DNA from: Ignavibacteriota bacterium
GTDB lineage: Bacteria > Bacteroidota > Ignavibacteria > Kapaibacteriales > UBA2268
Length of the DNA: 64,000 bases
Reading direction: 5' to 3'
Assembly (NCBI GenBank): GCA_024636855.1
Contig: JAGXGG010000007.1
Location: 49,895 to 113,894 of the forward strand
Part shown: piece by piece, positions 19,402 to 29,129 of the stretch
How the letters are laid out: each line of letters starts with the position of its first letter
Numbering within the stretch: position 1 is the stretch's first letter
Notes under the pieces: generated by a model
What the model was told of the DNA's origin: nothing
Database searches by the model: none
Seen by the model: the letters and a program-made list of their open reading frames with translations, nothing else
Made by a program: the position numbers and the translations under genes

Positions 19402-21159
19402 ATGATGAAAAGATTAATAATGGGTTTAGTAGGAATAATTGTTACAAGTTTACTTTATTCTTGTTCTACTCCAAAGCCGACAATTAGCAGCTTTTCGATT
19501 GATAAAGAAACTATTGATGCAGGTCAAGAAGTTCAGATAAGCTATAATTCAGCAAATTCAGAAAGTAGTTTACTTACTTTTACCAACAAAATTGGAACTA
19601 TAGACACAATAAATAAAGTACAGAATATGTATAACACATATTCTTATAAACCTGAATCAAGTGGAGAATTTACACTACAAGTTAGAAACGGCAATGAAGC
19701 AACAAAAACTTATAAAAAAGTAGTTGTGAATGCACCAAAGCCACCAAAAGCAGAACCCCCAACAGCAATAATTGCTAATGAGTCAAAGGATTCATCACAG
19801 TATCTAAAAGGAATAATTCCCATTGATATGGCGAAGAGTAGAGATATATTTTTTGAAATTTTCAGTTACGATAGAACAGGTTTCCCAGACTCAATTAAAG
19901 TATTTGTGACCGTAAAAGATAATTATGGGAATTTTATTTCTAATATGGCTACTCCTTATGCCAATGATGAAATAGAGAAGAAATACTTCAAAGGAATAGT
20001 AGAAATAATCAACAATCAAAGATATGAGATAGAAAGCTTCGATGTAGTTGAACATCACGGTGAATATTCCAAACCCTACACATTTTCATTAGTACTTGAT
20101 CATAGCGGTTCAATGCAATATTATAATTCTATAGAAGATTTACAAGCGGCAGCTATAAACTTTATAGAACAAAAAAAATATATGGACAGAATTGGGATAA
20201 TAAAATTTGATAATCGATTAATTGAGGAAGTAAAAGTTAATATTAATCGAAGTGAAATTATAAATGAATATATTCCTGATTTACTAACTAGATTCAATGG
20301 AGGAACCTCGTTATATGCGGCGGCTGATATGGCAATTTATCAACTTATTCCCTTTGAAAATAGAATTGTTATTCTCTTTACAGACGGTCTTGATAATATG
20401 TCTCTACAAACTAGCTTTGAGAAAGAATTCAGATTGGTATATTCGCCTTTAGATTTAGTTTATAATGCAAGAAGTAATGATACTAAAATTTTCACAATTG
20501 GTTATGGACAAGCCGATTTTGATATTCTATCAAAAATATCTTATTTAACTGATGGGAAATCATTCAAAGCAAATAATGGAAATGAAATAAACGAAATCAT
20601 AAATTCCTTACCACGTATGTTTAATAACTATTATGAAATCACATATAAGCCAAAATCTTTAAAAGGATGGAGAGATATTGAGATTAGTATAAATGATAAT
20701 AATTTAAATAAAAGTTTAATGAAAGGTGGTGCACATATAGGCGAGGATTATAATTTTGGTGAGGAGCCAGACATTATTCTAAATGTTGCAAATTTCGATT
20801 TTAATAAGTCAACTATTAATGAAGATGATAATTTTATCAAATCAGTTCTAGCATTTTATAAAAGATTTCCAGATATAGTTATTGAATTACACGGGCATTC
20901 GGACAGTAAAGGTAATAAGGAATCTAATAAAATATTATCTTTGAAACGAGCAAAGAGCATTGAAAAGATTCTAATAGATAAAGGAATTCCGAAAGAAAAA
21001 ATACTATCTATTGGTCACGGTTCAGATTTTCTTATTTATAATCCTGAGTTAAACGAAAATCAGAAAAGGGAAAATAGAAGAGTAGAAGCTAGGTTCTTAA
21101 GAAATGGGGAATTTAAAAAAGATTATTTTAATGTTTCTTATCCTAACCCAAATGGATAG
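19402..21159 (+). CDS. lipoprotein with a vWA domain and a C-terminal OmpA-like peptidoglycan-binding domain
   Basis: Lipobox LLYSC. MIDAS motif LVLDHSGSM plus ILFTDGLDN. C-terminus ELHGHSDSKGNKESNKILSLKRAKSIEKILIDKGI...NRRVEARF is OmpA_C-like. AGAGGAAATG SD context. Confidence 0.8.
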   Translation: MMKRLIMGLVGIIVTSLLYSCSTPKPTISSFSIDKETIDAGQEVQISYNSANSESSLLTFTNKIGTIDTINKVQNMYNTYSYKPESSGEFTLQVRNGNEATKTYKKVVVNAPKPPKAEPPTAIIANESKDSSQYLKGIIPIDMAKSRDIFFEIFSYDRTGFPDSIKVFVTVKDNYGNFISNMATPYANDEIEKKYFKGIVEIINNQRYEIESFDVVEHHGEYSKPYTFSLVLDHSGSMQYYNSIEDLQAAAINFIEQKKYMDRIGIIKFDNRLIEEVKVNINRSEIINEYIPDLLTRFNGGTSLYAAADMAIYQLIPFENRIVILFTDGLDNMSLQTSFEKEFRLVYSPLDLVYNARSNDTKIFTIGYGQADFDILSKISYLTDGKSFKANNGNEINEIINSLPRMFNNYYEITYKPKSLKGWRDIEISINDNNLNKSLMKGGAHIGEDYNFGEEPDIILNVANFDFNKSTINEDDNFIKSVLAFYKRFPDIVIELHGHSDSKGNKESNKILSLKRAKSIEKILIDKGIPKEKILSIGHGSDFLIYNPELNENQKRENRRVEARFLRNGEFKKDYFNVSYPNPNG

Positions 21160-21208
21160 ATTCAAAGAAGTCATTTTATTAATTTTATAAACTATTAATT
21201 AAAGTATT

Positions 21209-21913
21209 ATGTGGGATTTGGATACATTCAGTAAATTTGGCGATGGAATTGGTGGGACATTAGGTACTATATTGGGATTAATCACAATAATACTCGTTTA
21301 TCTAACTTATAAATCGCAGAAGAAGGAACTCGCTAACCAAAAAAAGGAACTAGAGGAACAAAGATTAGAGTTTAAACGAACTCGGTCTTTTGACCTTGTG
21401 TATCGGGAATTAAAGATAATCAATGAGCATTTTGATGATTTCTCTAATGAGCAATTATTTAATAGATATAAGGAGGGTTCTCTTAATAGAAAAATTGATA
21501 TTATTGTAACAGATTTTGAGAATATTAAGTATAATTTAATAAATAAATTAGATATAAACTCATCAATCAGAATAGTTAATAAGAGCAATTGTATTAGTAT
21601 TCTAAATCTATTAAATGTTATTCACGATAGGTTAGATACTCTTGAGATAATAGTTGAACCATTATTCAAAAATGAAATCAAGATTGTAATTTATAATAGT
21701 TTCCCTTTTAAATTTAGAGATTTAGTTGAAATTATGAGTTTTTGTCTAGATGAAGAATTACAATTTAATGAAATTGAAATTAGACGAATTACCGATTTAC
21801 TTGGCTTGAATTCAATTGAAGTAGAGAATTTAAAAATCTATTTATATAAGATATATCCTTATGTTAATGAATTTGATAGACTTTCAAAACGATTAAAAGA
21901 TAGTGATTTTTAG
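21209..21913 (+). CDS. single-TM protein resembling the putative phage abortive-infection (putAbiC) family
   Basis: N-terminus FSKFGDGIGGTLGTILGLITIILVYLTYKSQKKELANQKKELEEQR matches my recollection of the FGD-x-GG / TM / Q-x-EL signature of putAbiC proteins. Not checked against an HMM. Confidence 0.4.
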   Translation: MWDLDTFSKFGDGIGGTLGTILGLITIILVYLTYKSQKKELANQKKELEEQRLEFKRTRSFDLVYRELKIINEHFDDFSNEQLFNRYKEGSLNRKIDIIVTDFENIKYNLINKLDINSSIRIVNKSNCISILNLLNVIHDRLDTLEIIVEPLFKNEIKIVIYNSFPFKFRDLVEIMSFCLDEELQFNEIEIRRITDLLGLNSIEVENLKIYLYKIYPYVNEFDRLSKRLKDSDF

Positions 21914-21973
21914 TTACATAGATTGTTAATACAATCTCATCCCACCCCAAAAGGGTTGGATTGGTTTGGCGGG

Positions 21974-22010
21974 TAACCTATTGCTACAGATTTTTAGTCA
22001 CTCTGTGGCC
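21974..22010. repeat. 37-nt repeat, copy 1 (ends in a small GTGGC hairpin)
   Basis: TAACCTATTGCTACAGATTTTTAGTCACTCTGTGGCC matches 23787-23823 at about 28 of 37 positions. Confidence 0.6.
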
Positions 22011-22194
22011 TTCAAAATGAGTAGTAATTTAACGTGGTATTCGGATCTACGAAAGGTTTTAGCATATCTCAAAATATAAAAGTCATGTGTAAATTGAAAA
22101 GTTTTTTAAATTTAATGAGTTCTAACTATTTTTTTTTATATTTTTATTTCTTATTTTTAAAAAATGATTTCTACAATTTTAAAAGGATTAAAAT

Positions 22195-22608
22195 ATGAAA
22201 AAGATATTACTACTTCTGGTTTGCTTTGGAGCTATAATCACTTCTTGTGATAAACTACCAACACACCCTGATAAAGACGCTAGTTCGGACGTTTCTCTAG
22301 TAGCAGCTGTGGTTGATCCACCAGATGAGCCAGCTGAATGTGAGTTAACTAATACAGCATGGGCAGATTTTGCTGATGAAGTATTAGCTTTATTTACTGA
22401 TGAAGAAATAGAAGCTATCGAGTTAGCATTAGGTGAGCCTATTGCTTGCTCTCTATTAAGCTGTTTCGAAGATAATTACAATAATCACGGTGGATTTGTT
22501 AGCTGTATTTCTCATTGGACAAATAGTCTTAAGAAAGCTAAAGTTATTAGTGGTAAACAAAAAGGTGTAATTGTAAATATTGCAGCTCAATCTGAAGTCG
22601 GTAAGTAA
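22195..22608 (+). CDS. hypothetical lipoprotein (137 aa), acidic and Cys-containing
   Basis: Lipobox ITSC; AAGGA SD; followed by a terminator. Confidence 0.55.
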   Translation: MKKILLLLVCFGAIITSCDKLPTHPDKDASSDVSLVAAVVDPPDEPAECELTNTAWADFADEVLALFTDEEIEAIELALGEPIACSLLSCFEDNYNNHGGFVSCISHWTNSLKKAKVISGKQKGVIVNIAAQSEVGK

Positions 22609-22639
22609 TACCAGAGATATACTTGAAAAACAATAAAAA

Positions 22640-22667
22640 AGCTGAGCTAATTGCTCGGCTTTTTTTT
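22640..22667 (+). terminator. rho-independent terminator
   Basis: Stem AGCTGAGC / GCTCGGCT (one G:U pair) followed by T8. Confidence 0.7.
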
Positions 22668-22759
22668 GTCTTATTATTTTGGTAATCCGAACTCTTAGCC
22701 TAGCTAAAATATTTTATTTATATTGTCAGTATCATAATTTACTATTATAATATAATTAG

Positions 22760-23686
22760 GTGAGAACTATGAAGCTACCTTCTTTACCCTATGATTCTTG
22801 GACAGAAACACGACTAACACTTCATTTGATATTACAGATAATTGGTAAGATTAGACTGGCATCTACTCCAAGGAAAAATCATTGGTGGTATATAACTGAG
22901 TATATCTCAAGTAAGGGGTTTACTATTCATTCTATTCCTATGAATGATGGAATAAATACATTTGAGATTACGCTCAACGTTCATACGAAATCTCTTCAGA
23001 TAGAATCTAGCAAAGGTGAATCTCAAGAGTTAGTTCTCACTGATGGATATACAGTAGGTCAATTCTACAAAGAGATAATGGCTATCATGGATAGTTGGGG
23101 GCTGAAGTTGAAGTTCATCCCCAAACCACTAGACCTAATAATCGAAACACCTTTCGAAGAAATCTCAGAGTACCATCACTATGATTGGGACGCTATCAAT
23201 AAGTTCTGGCAGATGATGCTTTGGAACGACGGTATTTTCAAAGAATTTAGTGGAAGGTTCTATGGTAAAACTTGCCCAGTTCACATTTACTGGCACCACT
23301 TAGACCTGACAGTAACTAGATTTTCTGGCAAATCTCTACCGCCGATGGACGCTAGTGCAAGAATACTAGAGAAAGATGCATATTCACATGAAGTAATCAG
23401 CTTTGGATTCTGGGCTGGTGATGATAATATGCGCGAGCCAGCTTATTATTCATATACTTACCCTTCTCCAGATGGCTTAGGTGAGGAAAAACTGAAACCC
23501 AATAGTGCGTTTTGGATGGAAGCCAACGGAAGTCCCATGGCAATATTAAAATATAATGATATACTTGAGTCTGAAAATCCAAAAGAACTTGTGATGAACT
23601 TTCTCGAAAGTGCATATCAAGCCGGAGCTAAAAGAGCTAATTGGGATATAGCTGGGAATACAGTACCACTCTTGGAGGACTTATAA
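22760..23686 (+). CDS. DUF5996-like conserved hypothetical protein
   Basis: LPSLPYDSWTETRLTLHLILQIIGKIRLASTPRKNHWWYIT resembles the N-terminus of the DUF5996 family as I recall it. The ATG at 22769 is a more likely start than the GTG at 22760. Confidence 0.5.
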   Translation: MRTMKLPSLPYDSWTETRLTLHLILQIIGKIRLASTPRKNHWWYITEYISSKGFTIHSIPMNDGINTFEITLNVHTKSLQIESSKGESQELVLTDGYTVGQFYKEIMAIMDSWGLKLKFIPKPLDLIIETPFEEISEYHHYDWDAINKFWQMMLWNDGIFKEFSGRFYGKTCPVHIYWHHLDLTVTRFSGKSLPPMDASARILEKDAYSHEVISFGFWAGDDNMREPAYYSYTYPSPDGLGEEKLKPNSAFWMEANGSPMAILKYNDILESENPKELVMNFLESAYQAGAKRANWDIAGNTVPLLEDL

Positions 23687-23756
23687 CTATAATAGGATTT
23701 TGGAAATATTCACCGAACAAAAAGAGAATAAAATGCAAAGTAAAATAGAAGATATT

Positions 23757-23778
23757 AAGCCCCGCTGGGGCTTTTTTT
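23757..23778 (+). terminator. rho-independent terminator
   Basis: Stem AAGCCCC / GGGGCTT with loop GCT, followed by T7. Confidence 0.65.
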
Positions 23779-23786
23779 GTTGTTGA

Positions 23787-23823
23787 TTACCATTTGCTAT
23801 AGATATTAAGCCACTCTGTGGCT
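23787..23823. repeat. 37-nt repeat, copy 2
   Basis: TTACCATTTGCTATAGATATTAAGCCACTCTGTGGCT. It contains the perfect hairpin AGCCAC-TCT-GTGGCT. Confidence 0.6.
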
Positions 23824-23942
23824 AATCAATATAGTCAACTACTAAATGCCACAATGGGGTATATATCTATAAAACATAAATTTGTCGAACCTGAGATTAT
23901 TTATTATATTAGTTCTTATAAAAAATTCACAGGAGAATTAAT

Positions 23943-24659
23943 ATGAAATATACGAACAGAATCTTACTAATTATTCTAACAATTGTTTTAGCTACTTCAT
24001 GTAGTGATGATGCAACAGGGCCTTCTGATGCTTCACTCCCATACTTTACTATCAATGATGGTAATGTGTGGTATTATGATTTGTTTACCAAAGGAGATCA
24101 AGGAGATTACGTTTATGGGACTAGAGATGAATATACCCTTTCTCCTAGTCTTATAGGTGGTGAAGAGTGTTTGAAATACTATCTTGTAGATGAAGGTGAG
24201 CAAATTGAAGATAACAGTTTTAAATATGCACGTACGGATGAAAACGGCTATTATATTTACTACGATGAGTTTATTGATGATTATTCAGATTATGCGGATG
24301 AACTAAAAGATGTTTGGGTAAAGTTTATTGATTTTAAAAATGAGAATTGGACTCAATTTGATGTTTATCTAGACTTTTACTCAAATAGTGCAGCTAGACA
24401 CAGAGCTTCGATCAAATTTAAAGGGGAGATCGTAGGCAAAGAAGAAGTAGAATACAAAGGTAAAAAGTATAATGCATTCAAAAGCTTGGTAACTCTAACT
24501 GTGAAGGATACTACTTCAGGTTCTGGTCTCGTCTTTCTTGATTCTGACGTAAGGTCAGTAGAGTTCACAATAATAAATGAGATTGGTATATATAAAATCA
24601 GACAAGCTAGTGATGGTGAATTCAGAGATTCATACCAAGTCCTCACTGACCACAAATAA
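23943..24659 (+). CDS. hypothetical lipoprotein (238 aa)
   Basis: Lipobox LATSC; AGGAGA SD; no motif recognised. Confidence 0.55.
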   Translation: MKYTNRILLIILTIVLATSCSDDATGPSDASLPYFTINDGNVWYYDLFTKGDQGDYVYGTRDEYTLSPSLIGGEECLKYYLVDEGEQIEDNSFKYARTDENGYYIYYDEFIDDYSDYADELKDVWVKFIDFKNENWTQFDVYLDFYSNSAARHRASIKFKGEIVGKEEVEYKGKKYNAFKSLVTLTVKDTTSGSGLVFLDSDVRSVEFTIINEIGIYKIRQASDGEFRDSYQVLTDHK

Positions 24660-24665
24660 AACTAA

Positions 24666-24696
24666 AAAGCCGAGCAAAATGCTCGGCTTTCTATTT
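24666..24696. terminator. bidirectional rho-independent terminator between convergent genes
   Basis: 10-bp stem AAAGCCGAGC / GCTCGGCTTT flanked by A-rich and T-rich runs. Confidence 0.7.
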
Positions 24697-24722
24697 ATTA
24701 TCTTACTAGTGGATGATCTGAA

Positions 24723-24962
24723 TCACTCCTCTTTCCATTCGTTTGCTTCTATTAGCTCTTTAGCGGTTTCGTAATCGCTTTTTAGTACGTATATCTTAGC
24801 GATGGCTAGTCCGCCTACATTAAATTGGCGAGTGGTATCTATTTGTGATAGTACCTGAGCTGCTATTTCTACATTCTCAAGCATCCCTTTTATTAGCAGT
24901 GCTTCTATCTCATCAGAAGTAGTGTAAGCTAATACCCAATCTTCGTTATTCTCATTCTTCAT
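24723..24962 (-). CDS. DUF2007-like small protein (putative signal-transducing, PII-like fold)
   Basis: 79 aa. The WVLAYTTSDEIEALLIKGMLENVEI pattern is typical of DUF2007 as I recall it. Confidence 0.45.
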   Translation of the reverse strand: MKNENNEDWVLAYTTSDEIEALLIKGMLENVEIAAQVLSQIDTTRQFNVGGLAIAKIYVLKSDYETAKELIEANEWKEE

Positions 24963-25019
24963 TTAGATGCTCTGATGTTGCCTGCTTTATATAGTATGAT
25001 TTTACATCTTGTACAAAAG

Positions 25020-25769
25020 CTACAAATCGTAATTTGTATGTCTGAATCCTTCTGGAATCTTATAAGTGTATTCTTTTGTTATATTCTCGCCTGCATCAGC
25101 TCCGCCAGATTTCAGCTGTTCACCAAATGTACCAGAAACTGAGGCACGCAATACGTGATTGTGAACATAATCATGTATAACTTCATTATTGTTTTTTTGT
25201 GGACTAACTATGCTGTCTTCGGTTATGTAGATACAAAGATTGTCATCGCCGGTGCCTTTATTTATATAGTCACAATTAACTGTTATACTAACAGTACTAT
25301 CTGATTCATTGTAAGTTAGTTGCATATTCAAATCTAAATCTGGCTCTAAGAATGACTCATCAATAATTTGTTTGTCCCATAGACCAAAGTTCATAAGTCG
25401 AACACCGTCTCTCAGTTTTTGATTAATCATACCTATTGGCAAACCAGTAGTAGGAGTAGCAAACTTAGAGAATAATTCAGCACTAGTTTCTGAACGCATA
25501 TCAACATCTTCAGGCTTTTTGGGGTCTGCTAAAGTACTAGCGTGAGCACCAAATAGGATTACATTCTTTTCTCCATAAGAGTCTGCTAAGCTCTGTGATA
25601 CTTTATTCGCATTTGGGCAATAAACACAATTGATAGCAGTGAAGTCTAGTAGAATTACTTTTTTATTGAAATCACCGATTGTCTTTTCATTTTGTAAATA
25701 AGGTTCATCTACTACATCGCAACTAACTGCGAATAGTCCTAAAGCAAGGAGTAATATTATTTTTTTCAT
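25020..25769 (-). CDS. Omp28-related thioredoxin-fold lipoprotein with a CxxC motif; 3' end apparently frameshifted
   Basis: Lipobox AVSC. KKVILLDFTAINCVYCPN is the Omp28-related CxxC signature. The expected C-terminal VAFV motif is encoded in another frame just past the stop (see findings). Confidence 0.55.
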   Translation of the reverse strand: MKKIILLLALGLFAVSCDVVDEPYLQNEKTIGDFNKKVILLDFTAINCVYCPNANKVSQSLADSYGEKNVILFGAHASTLADPKKPEDVDMRSETSAELFSKFATPTTGLPIGMINQKLRDGVRLMNFGLWDKQIIDESFLEPDLDLNMQLTYNESDSTVSITVNCDYINKGTGDDNLCIYITEDSIVSPQKNNNEVIHDYVHNHVLRASVSGTFGEQLKSGGADAGENITKEYTYKIPEGFRHTNYDL

Positions 25770-25777
25770 TGTAATAC

Positions 25778-27415
25778 CTAAAAAGTAGTTGATACTGTAA
25801 AATAAAGCCCATTGGATGCAGGTACGAACCTACATACACCACCTACACATATAATCCCCGAGCGTTGACGGCCATAGCTCATCTGCATTCTAGTACCGCC
25901 TGTTACATAGGCGAATGAACCCATAAAATAATGTACTCGATGATCTACAAATTTGTTACCATAGTTATATTCATCTGAGATTGAGATATAATAGTGAGGA
26001 CTTATTGTTAGCTCGAATAATGCCATCATCCAGTTACCATTAACGAAATCAGCTGTTTTTAGTACACTGTCTTGTGATGCCCACAAATGCTCCAAGTCCA
26101 TTTTTAAAGCATAAGTTTCTGATAGTCTATAAGTAGCATCAAAAATAGCAATGTTTGATGTTACTTTACCTATTATAGGTGCCCAGCCATTTTCTGCTAC
26201 GTCTTTGTCATAGATTTGAGTTAGGAAACTTGCATTTGTTTTGAAATCTTCAGTCCATCTTTTAGAAATCTCAATATTCAAATCTTGGTAGAATAATCTA
26301 TCACCGAAGGCAAAAAAATCAGATGTGTAAGTAAAATCATCAACTTTATTTGAATCTATACTTTGTATTCTACTATAGTTTAGAGTTACTGTAGTACCAT
26401 GTTCACCACCAATTGTGGTTCCTTGGTCAAATTTATAAGTGATTTCGGTTTGCATACCTATCTCACCAACTAACTGGGTAGCATAAGGATAAAGTGATGT
26501 CAATCGATATGTATGTTGTTTAGACAAAGGTGGGATGAAGTTCATATTCATCACATTACCAGTTGCCGAACGTTCTGCTCGGAAATCCATATTGTCAGAT
26601 CTGTGAAAATCAACTGATATACCTAAACCATCAGTGAAATACGAACCACTAAGTAATAGACCTTGGCCTGTGTTATAGGAGAAATTATTTACTGCAGAAG
26701 GGTCATTTATCTTGTAAGAGTACTCGGCGTCTAAACTGAAACTATTTGCAATAAATGAACTTCTTAGGAAGTAGGCAAAGACATTTTCGGGAAGGTTATA
26801 AGTGTTTTCTTGGTCCTCTTCGTATTTACTTATTATACCACCTTCTACAGAAACACCATTATCTCCGAAAAAATCAGTATATTGATCTAGATAAACTTTA
26901 CCTTTAGCTCCTCTTATGATTCCATCGCTTTGAGTCCAGAAATTACGCATGGTACCCATAATACCAGTAAGTTCTACTCCATCATCAGGACGCATGTTTA
27001 TTCTAACTCCATTCAGCGAATTGTCTACACCAAGAGCCTTCTCTTCATAAGTACGGAGTATAAGACCCGAGCCAAATTGCTCATAAAAATTACCTGCAGT
27101 TACATCTAGCAATTCAGAGCGATATGTTCCATATATAAATGGAAAACCACTGTTCTCAAATCTGAAGTCTATACCTAAAAGTGGAGGCCTGTATGCTTCG
27201 TATCTGATACCAAACTCGAAGTCATCAATGTGATATCTAACGTTTAGAAAGCCTTGTACAGCCACTTGCTTTGGAAATTCGGTAGTTCCTATAGAGCTAT
27301 CTTGTAAATAATACTGCCCTTCAGTCACGAAATTTCCTGTCACTCTCCCCTGAGAATAAACACTAGAAATAGAAATTAAAACTATTAATATTATTGAACT
27401 AATAGTCTTTATCAT
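25778..27415 (-). CDS. predicted outer-membrane beta-barrel protein (545 aa)
   Basis: Signal peptide ...SVYS/QG. Amphipathic beta pattern rich in alternating aromatics throughout. C-terminal ...YFTVSTTF has the terminal Phe typical of OMPs. Confidence 0.6.
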   Translation of the reverse strand: MIKTISSIILIVLISISSVYSQGRVTGNFVTEGQYYLQDSSIGTTEFPKQVAVQGFLNVRYHIDDFEFGIRYEAYRPPLLGIDFRFENSGFPFIYGTYRSELLDVTAGNFYEQFGSGLILRTYEEKALGVDNSLNGVRINMRPDDGVELTGIMGTMRNFWTQSDGIIRGAKGKVYLDQYTDFFGDNGVSVEGGIISKYEEDQENTYNLPENVFAYFLRSSFIANSFSLDAEYSYKINDPSAVNNFSYNTGQGLLLSGSYFTDGLGISVDFHRSDNMDFRAERSATGNVMNMNFIPPLSKQHTYRLTSLYPYATQLVGEIGMQTEITYKFDQGTTIGGEHGTTVTLNYSRIQSIDSNKVDDFTYTSDFFAFGDRLFYQDLNIEISKRWTEDFKTNASFLTQIYDKDVAENGWAPIIGKVTSNIAIFDATYRLSETYALKMDLEHLWASQDSVLKTADFVNGNWMMALFELTISPHYYISISDEYNYGNKFVDHRVHYFMGSFAYVTGGTRMQMSYGRQRSGIICVGGVCRFVPASNGLYFTVSTTF

Positions 27416-28041
27416 TCTTCTACCGGATTCTGTATTTCTTCAATTAATCTATTTACCTCGGCTGCCAGAGGACCTTTATTTCCATTGATTTCTAAAAACT
27501 TTTCAAAGTCTTTTAGAGCAGCGTCATTTCTTTTGTTAATTTTGTGTACAGCACCACGAGCATAAAATGGCATTGCATATCCGGGCTGCAATTCGATAGC
27601 TCTATTGTAATCCATCAAAGCTTTGTCCCAACTTTCTAAGAAATAGTACGAATTGCCACGAGCATAATATGCCTCTGGATATTCATTGCTAATGGATAGT
27701 GTTTTAGTGAAACTTTGGATAGCTGATTGCAAGTTACCTTCCTCAACTTCAGAAAGTCCTCTACCATAATAAGCTTCGAAATAATTAGGGTCTAATGAAA
27801 TAGCTTTATTGAAATCCTGGATAGCATAGCTAAAATCTTTTTTATAGAAATAAGCTAAACCACGTCCGTAAAAGGTAGGTGCGTAATTATCCGCTTTATC
27901 TATTGCTTTGTTGTAATATGTCAAAGCTTTATCATAATCTTTTGTTTTGATAGCATTGTATGCTGTTTGTATAAAACCTTCTGTCTGAGCGAATAGGGAG
28001 ACACTCATCAAAAAGAATAATGCTGTTATTAAATTTTTCAT
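27412..28041 (-). CDS. secreted TPR-repeat protein
   Basis: Signal peptide ...SLFA/QT. Five or six 34-aa repeats with the A-x-x-x-Y/F-x-x-A-I-x-L-x-P-N-Y signature. 4-nt overlap with the barrel gene. Confidence 0.8.
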   Translation of the reverse strand: MKNLITALFFLMSVSLFAQTEGFIQTAYNAIKTKDYDKALTYYNKAIDKADNYAPTFYGRGLAYFYKKDFSYAIQDFNKAISLDPNYFEAYYGRGLSEVEEGNLQSAIQSFTKTLSISNEYPEAYYARGNSYYFLESWDKALMDYNRAIELQPGYAMPFYARGAVHKINKRNDAALKDFEKFLEINGNKGPLAAEVNRLIEEIQNPVEE

Positions 28042-28102
28042 AATATTTCTCTGATTGTTATTTTATTAGATAATCAATATATAAAAATTGCTCGATTTAT
28101 CC

Positions 28103-29038
28103 TTACGATAATCTCTTTCTGAAATCGGCAATTGTCTTTTCTAATCCTTCTTTTCTATCTACTTTAGGCGACCATCCTAATATCTCTTTAGCACGAGTGA
28201 TATCAGGTTGGCGTATTTTGGGGTCATCTTGTGGTAAATCTTCGAATACAATCTTAGAGTCAGAGCCAGTCAGCTCTATTATCTCTTTTGCCAAATCCAA
28301 CATAGTCAACTCACTTGGGTTTCCGATATTCACCGGATTAACTTCGTCAGACATTAGCAATCTATATATACCCTCTACCAAATCATCTACGTAACAAACC
28401 GATCTAGTTTGCGAACCATCCCCGTAAACAGTTACTGGCTCACCTTTTAGTGCTTGTCTGATAAAATTAGGAATTGCTCTGCCATCATGTAGTCTCATGC
28501 GAGGCCCGTACGTATTGAATATACGAATGATTCTAGTCTCTACGCCATGGAATTGGTGATAGGCCATAGTCATTGCTTCCGAAAATCTTTTAGCTTCATC
28601 ATAAACTCCTCTAGATCCGACTGGATTCACATTACCCCAATAATCTTCAGTTTGGGGATGAATAAGTGGGTCGCCATATACCTCGCTTGTACTAGCTAAT
28701 AAGTATCTAGCGCCTTTTTCTTTAGCAAGTCCTAATATCTTATGAGTTCCCAGTGAGCCTACTTTCAAAGTTTGGATTGGCAATTTCAGATAATCAATAG
28801 GTGATGCTGGAGAAGCAAAATGAAGAATATAATCGATATCCTCAGCAAAGAAATTGTATTCGGTTATGTCGTGAAGAACGAATTTGAAATTTGGGTTGCC
28901 GAATAGATGAGCAATATTATCAGTGTCGCCTGTTAATAGGTTATCGACACCGATTACTTTGAAACCTTCGGCTATAAATCTATCAGATAAGTGCGAGCCC
29001 AAAAAGCCAGCTGCACCTGTTATCAGTATTGTTTTCAT
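28103..29038 (-). CDS. NAD-dependent epimerase/dehydratase, UDP-glucuronate decarboxylase (UXS)-like
   Basis: Motifs GAAGFLGSH and YDEAKR (YxxxK), with overall UXS-like sequence ([28 protein letters not shown]). Confidence 0.75.
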   Translation of the reverse strand: MKTILITGAAGFLGSHLSDRFIAEGFKVIGVDNLLTGDTDNIAHLFGNPNFKFVLHDITEYNFFAEDIDYILHFASPASPIDYLKLPIQTLKVGSLGTHKILGLAKEKGARYLLASTSEVYGDPLIHPQTEDYWGNVNPVGSRGVYDEAKRFSEAMTMAYHQFHGVETRIIRIFNTYGPRMRLHDGRAIPNFIRQALKGEPVTVYGDGSQTRSVCYVDDLVEGIYRLLMSDEVNPVNIGNPSELTMLDLAKEIIELTGSDSKIVFEDLPQDDPKIRQPDITRAKEILGWSPKVDRKEGLEKTIADFRKRLS

Positions 29039-29129
29039 ATTTTATGCTATTATATAGTAATTACTAATAACAAAAATAAGAATTTCGGTGCTAATTGACT
29101 ATTATTTTAAAAACTTAATAATTATAAGA

